Source of the DNA: an uncultured Nostocoides sp.
GTDB taxonomy: Bacteria > Actinomycetota > Actinomycetes > Actinomycetales > Dermatophilaceae
Reading direction: 5' to 3'
Assembly (NCBI GenBank): GCA_936931335.1
Contig: CAKZIH010000168.1
Coordinates: 1 to 33,928, forward strand
DNA: 33,928 nucleotides
The position numbers and the translations under genes are program-made. Position 1 is the first letter of the stretch. The number at the start of each line of letters is the position of its first letter. A model generated the notes under the pieces. It was not told the origin of the DNA and made no database searches. It was given only the letters and a program-made list of their open reading frames with translations. Positions 28,462 to 33,928 of the stretch are shown here, in pieces.

Positions 28462-28624
28462 AACGGCTTAGATCACGGGCCGGGGGATCGATCGCCGGTG
28501 CAAACTCGTCGTGCTGGGTCCGATGTGGGGCCGGACGGGTCCCGATGCCGGACGGGGACGGCCGGTACACGTTTACTGCCTATAGCTGGACTTGAGCTGC
28601 GTAACAAGTTATCTTGGAGGCGGG

Positions 28625-28852
28625 TTGAACGATCTCATCATGGCTCATTCCGCCTTGAAGCACGGTTTGAGCGAGGAGCAGATCCGCCACGCCTACCGAA
28701 ACCCGATCCGGGCTTGGGATCTGGGGGACGGGTTCGCGATGCTCGTGGGCGCCACTCCGGCGGCCGTGCTCATCGAAGTTGGTTTCGTTCAGGGCGACAC
28801 CGCGATCGTCATTGTGCATGCGATGCGAGCCCGAGAGAGATTCCTGAGGTGA
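28625..28852 (+). CDS. Putative toxin (BrnT/RelE-fold-like small protein); start TTG 28625 or ATG 28640
   Basis: SALKHGLSEEQIRHAYRNP...MLVG...LIEVG...IVIVHAMRAR; GGAGG upstream. Paired with a small HTH gene. Confidence 0.65.
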   Translation: MNDLIMAHSALKHGLSEEQIRHAYRNPIRAWDLGDGFAMLVGATPAAVLIEVGFVQGDTAIVIVHAMRARERFLR

Positions 28853-28857
28853 GGCTC

Positions 28858-29133
28858 ATGCCACGGTCTGTCGACGACCTCCTCAAGCACGCCGACGAGT
28901 TGGCGGCTCGCTTCGAGGGGTACGAACCCGACCCCGCCGACGAGCTGGATGCCGCGGCGGTGGGGCGCCTGCGGCAAGCCGTCGTCCAGCGCTCCGAAGC
29001 CGAACGCGAGGTCATCGCCGCCGTTCGGGGCGCGAGAGAGGCCGGTCTGTCCTGGGCCGCGATTGGTGGTGTGGTCGGGACCACCGGGGAGGCCGCCCGC
29101 CAGCGCTATACCAGGCCGCCATCCGCCTCCTGA
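28858..29133 (+). CDS. Putative antitoxin with C-terminal HTH
   Basis: 91 aa with an acidic N-terminus and AREAGLSWAAIGGVVGTTGEAARQRY; RBS GAGGTGAGG. Confidence 0.65.
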   Translation: MPRSVDDLLKHADELAARFEGYEPDPADELDAAAVGRLRQAVVQRSEAEREVIAAVRGAREAGLSWAAIGGVVGTTGEAARQRYTRPPSAS

Positions 29134-29141
29134 GAACCCGA

Positions 29142-29169
29142 GGCGCCGGGTGCTCGCATACCCGGCGCC
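29142..29169. terminator. Hairpin between convergent genes
   Basis: GGCGCCGGG-10 nt-CCCGGCGCC. Confidence 0.6.
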
Positions 29170-29195
29170 CCGGTCTGCACTCTCGAGTTGTCGCC

Positions 29196-30281
29196 CTAAG
29201 AGCGGGCCGGCAGCAGCAGCGCGCTGTCACCGAACTCATGCCAGAGATAGCGCTCCGCGACGGCAGCGTCATACGCCTGCGGGGTGAGTTCACCGCCGGC
29301 GACGGCTTCCACGAGCAGCAGGTGGGAGGCCTGCGGATCGTGCCAGCCGGTGATCAGCCCGTCCACGATCGCGGGCGGCTGGCCGGGGGTGACAATCCGT
29401 TCGGTCCAGCCCGAGCGCGCCACGACCACCCCGCCCTCCACGGCGGACTCCACCGCCCGGGTCGCCGTGGTGCCGACTGCGACGATGCGCCCGCCGCCAG
29501 CCCGGACGGCGTTGAGTTGCCGCGCCGCCGCATCGCTCACCCGGAAGCGTTCGGCCTGCGGGCCCTCGCCGGCCTCCTGAGAAGACACCCCGGTATGCAG
29601 GGTTACCGGCACCACGGCCACCCCGCGAGACACCAGCCGGGTGACGATGTCGTGGGTGAATGGCCGTGCCGCAGAGGGCATCTCGGCGCTTCCGGGTTCG
29701 GCCGCGAAGACCGTCTGATAGGCCTCCAGGTCGTATGACCGGTCGAGATAGCCATACGAGATCGGTCGCCCGAGGCGCTGGGCCACCTCGGTGATCGGGC
29801 CGGTCACCTGGGCGCGCCAGAGCCGGTTGCCCTGGCCGGTGGGGGATGAGGTGAACGGGTAGGGCTCGACGAGCCGAAGTCGGACCTCGTCGAATCCGGC
29901 CCGGCCCGCCGGCACGCGAACCGCCTCGCCGACCTCGGAGTCCAGGATCGCCCGGGCAGCGTCCGGGGCGGTACGCAGTTCGATCACCCAGGTGCCATCG
30001 TCCAGTGGCGCCGCCAGGTGGACCACCACCGCCATACCGCCCCGCATTCGGATGCCGTCGAGTTGGCCAGCGACGGTCGCCGAGTTGTTCACCACCACCG
30101 CATCACCGGGCTCCAGGTGCTCGGGCAGATCGCGGAACCGCGCATGGGTGATGCCCTCGGGCCTAGCCACCAGCAAACGCACATCCTCGCGCGCCAACCC
30201 CCGGAACTCCGCGGGCTGCGGCGCGAATTGTGCTGCGGCGGCATCGAATCGGGTTGTCGGCTGCTCCAGCACCAGGCTCAT
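29196..30281 (-). CDS. QueA-like protein (SAM:tRNA ribosyltransferase-isomerase family), divergent
   Basis: VRLLV, LEPGDAVVVNNS, YQTVFA, VAVGTTATRAVES and FGDSALL; ATGA-coupled to the SDR. Confidence 0.85.
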   Translation of the reverse strand: MSLVLEQPTTRFDAAAAQFAPQPAEFRGLAREDVRLLVARPEGITHARFRDLPEHLEPGDAVVVNNSATVAGQLDGIRMRGGMAVVVHLAAPLDDGTWVIELRTAPDAARAILDSEVGEAVRVPAGRAGFDEVRLRLVEPYPFTSSPTGQGNRLWRAQVTGPITEVAQRLGRPISYGYLDRSYDLEAYQTVFAAEPGSAEMPSAARPFTHDIVTRLVSRGVAVVPVTLHTGVSSQEAGEGPQAERFRVSDAAARQLNAVRAGGGRIVAVGTTATRAVESAVEGGVVVARSGWTERIVTPGQPPAIVDGLITGWHDPQASHLLLVEAVAGGELTPQAYDAAVAERYLWHEFGDSALLLPARS

Positions 30282-31033
30282 CGCGTCTCCTCCTCACTCG
30301 TCGCGCCCACGATTTCGGGGGCGCGATAGCGCCCGGACGCGGGCCGCTGCGCGATTAGCGCAAGGAAACCGGGGACGGCGCTCTCCGGCTCTGGCCGGTC
30401 GCCGATGTCCTCACCGGGGAAGGCCGCCTGGTGCATCTCGGTGCGCAGGTCGCCGGGGTCGACGGCATACGCGCGGATGGCGGGGTTCTCCTCACCCAGG
30501 GTCAGGGTGAGGTGGTCGAGAGCGGCCTTGGACGCGCCATACGGGCCCCAGGTGGGGTAGTGCTCCACTCCGGCATCGGACGACACCGAGATGAGGACGC
30601 CACCCGAGCGCTCCAACTGGGGCAGCAGGCTGGCGGACAGGACCAGCGGGGCGATGGCGTTGGTGGTCAGCACCTCGGCGAGTTGCGCCTCGGTGGTCTC
30701 GGCGAGCGGGGCCAGGGATGGGTAGGCGTCCTGTGGCCCGAGGGCGCTGGCGTTGTTGATGAGTAGGTCCAGACGGCCGAGATCGGCCAGCGTGTCCTGA
30801 ATCGCCATGCGGTGCACCGGATCCGTGACATCACCCGGTATGGCGTGTAGTCGTCCCCGCTGCTCCTGCGGCAGCGCCGCGGCGAGTTCGTCTAGGCGGG
30901 AGGTGCGCCGGGCGTCCGTTACGACTGTCCAGCCGTCGGCGAGCAGGGCGTGGACCAGGACGCGGCCGAGGCCGGCGGAGCCGCCGGTGATCAGGGCGAC
31001 GCGGTCGGCAATGGCGGTTGTTGGATCGTTCAT
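30278..31033 (-). CDS. Short-chain dehydrogenase/reductase
   Basis: TGGSAGLG, NNAS and YGASK. Leaderless ATG 31033 lies 6 nt after the -10. Confidence 0.92.
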   Translation of the reverse strand: MNDPTTAIADRVALITGGSAGLGRVLVHALLADGWTVVTDARRTSRLDELAAALPQEQRGRLHAIPGDVTDPVHRMAIQDTLADLGRLDLLINNASALGPQDAYPSLAPLAETTEAQLAEVLTTNAIAPLVLSASLLPQLERSGGVLISVSSDAGVEHYPTWGPYGASKAALDHLTLTLGEENPAIRAYAVDPGDLRTEMHQAAFPGEDIGDRPEPESAVPGFLALIAQRPASGRYRAPEIVGATSEEETR

Positions 31034-31039
31034 GCGGCC

Positions 31040-31070
31040 AGCATTCAAGTTCAAGTAAACTTGAGGTCAA
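31040..31070 (-). promoter_or_regulatory. SoxR-activated promoter with sox box
   Basis: Minus strand TTGACC-19 nt-AATGCT containing CCTCAAGTTTACTTGAAC (31049-31066), versus the sox box CCTCAAGTTAACTTGAGG. The 19-bp spacer is typical of MerR-family promoters. Confidence 0.9.
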
Positions 31071-31146
31071 GCCCCGCAGTGGAGTTCTTGGGATTGGGAC
31101 TGAGCGAGGGTGAATGGAGCGATAGGGGCTGGAGCGATAGGAGGGG

Positions 31147-31207
31147 AGAGGTGGAGGTGAGCCGGTGGTCGTGAAGAGGTGGAGGTGAGCCGGTGGTCGT
31201 GAAGAGG
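31147..31207 (+). repeat. Exact 28-bp tandem duplication covering the soxR RBS and start
   Basis: AGAGGTGGAGGTGAGCCGGTGGTCGTGA at 31147-31174 and 31175-31202, followed by AGAGG. Confidence 0.95.
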
Positions 31208-31684
31208 GCTAGTGACCTCTTGCCGATCTCGGAGGTCGCCGAGCGCAGCGGATTCGCCGCAAGCGCCCTGCGTTTCTATGAGGCGGAGGGGCTGATTGCT
31301 GCGACGCGGACCCCGGGCGGGCGGCGGCAGTACCAACGCGCCGTCTTGCGGCGGCTCGCGTTCATCCGGGCCGCGGCCAATGTCGGTCTGAGCCTGGAGG
31401 AGATCCGCGCCGAACTCGACCGCCTCCCGGGCGGCCGCAATCCCACCAAGGCCGATTGGCAGCGCATTTCCCGGCACTGGGGTAGCCGCCTGGATGAGCA
31501 GATGGCGGCCTTGCGCAAGCTGCGCGACGGGCTGGACTCCTGCATCGGCTGCGGCTGCCTGTCGCTGCAGCGCTGCGGCATCGCCAATCCCGACGACATC
31601 GCCGCGGTCAGCGATGAGGCGCCCGGAGCGGCATACCTGCCCCGGTTGCTGCGGCGCAATCCGCCGCCGCGCACCGGCGCCTGA
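31193..31684 (+). CDS. soxR: Redox-sensitive transcriptional activator SoxR
   Basis: MerR HTH (ISEVAERSGFAASALRFYE) and the [2Fe-2S] motif CIGCGCLSLQRC. Confidence 0.96.
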   Translation: MVVKRASDLLPISEVAERSGFAASALRFYEAEGLIAATRTPGGRRQYQRAVLRRLAFIRAAANVGLSLEEIRAELDRLPGGRNPTKADWQRISRHWGSRLDEQMAALRKLRDGLDSCIGCGCLSLQRCGIANPDDIAAVSDEAPGAAYLPRLLRRNPPPRTGA

Positions 31685-31717
31685 CCGCCCCACAGACCAC
31701 AGCCGCCCCGGTCGGAC

Positions 31718-32494
31718 TCACTCCTGCCAGTCGATAGGCCCGCGGTGCAACTTGTGCTGGGCGGCCTGGGCCACCGGGCGGATGGTGAGGGAGTCGATAT
31801 TGACGTGTTGGGGCAGGCATACGGCGAACTCCACGCAGGCGGCGACGTCGTCGGCGACCAGGGGCCGGTCCACGCCCTGATAGACCGCGTCGGCCCGGTC
31901 CTGGTCGCCGCCGAAGCGGGTCAGCGAGAAGCCCTCGGTGTGTACCATGCCCGGACGGATGTCGATGACCCGGATGTGGGTGCCGGCCAGTTCCAGACGC
32001 AGGGTCTCGGAAAAAACGGAGGTGCCGTGCTTGGCCACTGCATACCCGGCGCCGCCCTCGTAGACGATCTGCGCGGCGGTCGATGACATGTCGACGATGG
32101 TGGCCCTCGGGGAGGTGCGCAGCAGGGGAAGCGCGGCCCGGGTGACATGCAGGCTGCCCATGACATTGCTCTCGAACATCGTGCGCCACTGCTCGGGGTC
32201 GGTATCCGCGATGGGCGCCATGCCCAGCGCACCGCCCGCATTGTTGACCAAGACGTCAAGCCGCTCGAGCCCGCCGATGACCTGTGCCACGGCGGCGGGA
32301 TCGGTGACGTCCATGACGGCAATGCGCGCGGCGGGACCGAGTTTCGCGGCCGTCTGCTCCAGCGGTTCCGGCCGCCGGCCGGTCAGCAGGACGGTAAAGC
32401 CTCGGTCGACCAGGCGGTGGGCGATCGCGGCACCGATCCCGGTCCCTCCGCCGGTGATGAGAGCGAGTGGGGCGTCGGCGGCGGGTTGCGGCAT
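31718..32494 (-). CDS. SDR oxidoreductase (YdfG-like)
   Basis: TGGGTGIG, NNAG, YAVAK and PQHVNI. TACCCT -10 lies 6 nt before the ATG. Confidence 0.92.
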   Translation of the reverse strand: MPQPAADAPLALITGGGTGIGAAIAHRLVDRGFTVLLTGRRPEPLEQTAAKLGPAARIAVMDVTDPAAVAQVIGGLERLDVLVNNAGGALGMAPIADTDPEQWRTMFESNVMGSLHVTRAALPLLRTSPRATIVDMSSTAAQIVYEGGAGYAVAKHGTSVFSETLRLELAGTHIRVIDIRPGMVHTEGFSLTRFGGDQDRADAVYQGVDRPLVADDVAACVEFAVCLPQHVNIDSLTIRPVAQAAQHKLHRGPIDWQE

Positions 32495-32612
32495 AGCCCC
32501 AGGGTAGTGATACGACGTCGTTGCCCCGTGGGAGCAGGAGGAATTGCGCAGGTTGTCCAGATACTGACGAAGCCCTGCGGCAACTCGCTAGAGAAGTGAC
32601 TAGAATTGTGGA

Positions 32613-32723
32613 CACCGCTGTCGTGTGGATCCCAGGTGGGAGCCAACCGCAAGGTTGTCCTGGGTGTCCCCCGGCGGTGAGGTGGGGGCCGTCGTTAGCG
32701 ATGGCCCCCACACCTGCGCTTTT
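32613..32723 (+). ncRNA. Candidate small structured RNA, family not recognised
   Basis: TAGAAT -10 at 32601-32606, an interrupted rod with a GCAA tetraloop (32613-32679), then a GC hairpin (32680-32715) and a U tract. Confidence 0.5.
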
Positions 32724-32749
32724 CCCGTCGGTTCGGCCACTCGGCGGAT

Positions 32750-32893
32750 TCGTTATCGGCTCGTTATCACCTCCGCCCGCCTCGCCCAGGAGTGCCCGTG
32801 ACGTGCGGAAAAACACCGGTGCTATTCGGACGCTCCCGGGCATCGGTGCACGTCAGCGGCCTAGACGACGGTGACGGAAGTGACTCGTGGGAC
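32750..32893 (+). promoter_or_regulatory. Direct-repeat operators upstream of the RipA-like gene
   Basis: TCGTTATC-n3-TCGTTATC (32750-32768) and GTGAC/GTGAC/GGGAC at a 9-bp period (32871-32893), before TACCCT (32904-32909). Confidence 0.5.
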
Positions 32894-32988
32894 TACTCCT
32901 CGCTACCCTGAATGGCCCCCGCGCTTCCCCCGGCGCCCGTCCCCCAGGAGTCCTCGCCAATGCCCGCACCGCGTGCGTTCGAGCCCGT

Positions 32989-33928
32989 ATGACGCCCACT
33001 CACGCCCTCGGCGGCGTCGCCGCCGCCAGTGTGCTGCTGCTCGGCTCCGCGCTGGGAGCCCACGCGGACGAGCGCTACCCGAGCCAGGCTGACGTCGACC
33101 GCTCCCGGGCCGCCGTCGCGGGGACCGGGCTACAGATCGCCGCGCTCGACGCGCGCTATGCCCAGGCCGCGGCTGAGGTGGCGAGCACTCAGGAGCGCGC
33201 CGCCCGGCTGGGCGAAGCGGCCAATGGTGCGGCATACGAACTCAAACAGGCGACCAAGGCCGCCGCCGAGGCGCGGCGCAAGGCGCAGGCGGCGCAGGCC
33301 GAGGCCAAGGACGCCCGCGCAGATCTACGCGACTACGCGGTGGCCGTGTACGAGCAAGGCGGCGCGTTCGACTCGCTCGGCCCCCTACTGGAGGCCGGCC
33401 ACCCCCAAGACTTCGTTGACCGGGCCGCCTCCCTGGAGATCGTCGGCGCCAACCAGGAGGCCGGTCTGCGCTCGGCCCTCGTGGTCAGCGCCACCGCGGA
33501 TGCCCTCGAGCGCGAGGCCGCCGCGGCCGAAGCCGCTCGCACCGAGGCCGCGCAGCAGGCGCAGCAGGCCGAGCGGATAGCACGGGACGAGCTGGCACTG
33601 GCCGGATCCCAGGCCTCACGACTGAGCCGCGAACGGTCGGATCTCGCGCTCCGGCTCGCCGACCTGCGCTCCACCACCGCCGATCTGGAACGGCGCCGCC
33701 TCGATGCCAGCAATCCCACCCAGTCCGGCAATCCCACGGCGCCACCCACCGTCACGACCACCTCGCGCCCACCGGCACCGACCACGCCGCGTCCCCCGGC
33801 GCCCACCAGCACCCGGCCGCCGACGAGCAATCCGACCACGCCGACGTCGACCACCACGACTCCCACGAGCACCACCACGACGCCAACGACGACCAGCACC
33901 ACGCCGCCGCCTGCGCCGCCCCCCACGT
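32989..33928 (+). CDS. Secreted coiled-coil protein with Pro/Thr linker, probably a RipA-like NlpC/P60 peptidoglycan hydrolase; 3' end outside the window
   Basis: My translation: MTPTHALGGVAAASVLLLGSALGAHA|DERYPSQADV...GEAANGA...YAVAVYEQGG..., then an Ala-rich coiled coil and a PTT-rich linker. The catalytic domain is not visible. Confidence 0.7.
   Translation, partial: MTPTHALGGVAAASVLLLGSALGAHADERYPSQADVDRSRAAVAGTGLQIAALDARYAQAAAEVASTQERAARLGEAANGAAYELKQATKAAAEARRKAQAAQAEAKDARADLRDYAVAVYEQGGAFDSLGPLLEAGHPQDFVDRAASLEIVGANQEAGLRSALVVSATADALEREAAAAEAARTEAAQQAQQAERIARDELALAGSQASRLSRERSDLALRLADLRSTTADLERRRLDASNPTQSGNPTAPPTVTTTSRPPAPTTPRPPAPTSTRPPTSNPTTPTSTTTTPTSTTTTPTTTSTTPPPAPPPT

Noticed and set aside
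31147..31207. 28-bp repeat as a CRISPR array
   Set aside because: Two adjacent copies with no spacer and no cas genes.
32607..32632. Two reverse DnaA-like boxes (TGTGGACAC, TGTGGATCC)
   Set aside because: They have 1-2 mismatches, lack the trailing G of the TCCACAG motif and overlap the sRNA candidate; probably coincidental.
32613..32950. c-di-AMP (ydaO) riboswitch upstream of the cell-wall hydrolase
   Set aside because: The conserved GAAUCC, GGGGAACC and CCCGUCAGCUAAC segments are not visible.

Overview
High-GC actinobacterial chromosome segment, probably Micrococcales (inferred from gene order, not verified). The backbone runs: ActP-type symporter, DUF485-like protein and LytS/LytTR system; 6C RNA; MFS transporter; Fic-like gene; ssd-tadA-tadB/C-flp-tadE-tadE pilus operon; DUF1998 DEAH helicase; STAS anti-anti-sigma; hppA; dehydrogenase and membrane protein; methyltransferase; extradiol dioxygenase; topA-tmk-holB; TAP-like lipoprotein hydrolase; tRNA-Thr(CGT). 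Downstream of the tRNA are an integrase-less ~1 kb islet closed by a degenerate tRNA 3'-half copy, a toxin-antitoxin-like pair, a SoxR-box-controlled SDR + divergent QueA-like operon, soxR, a second SDR, a candidate sRNA and the 5' part of a RipA-like secreted coiled-coil protein. The most notable signals are the SoxR-controlled QueA paralogue, a DnaA-box-like TCCACAG motif at fixed spacing before weak -10 elements (twice in the Tad operon), the tRNA islet, and an unassigned ~110-nt structured RNA. All calls come from reading the sequence; no database searches were run.
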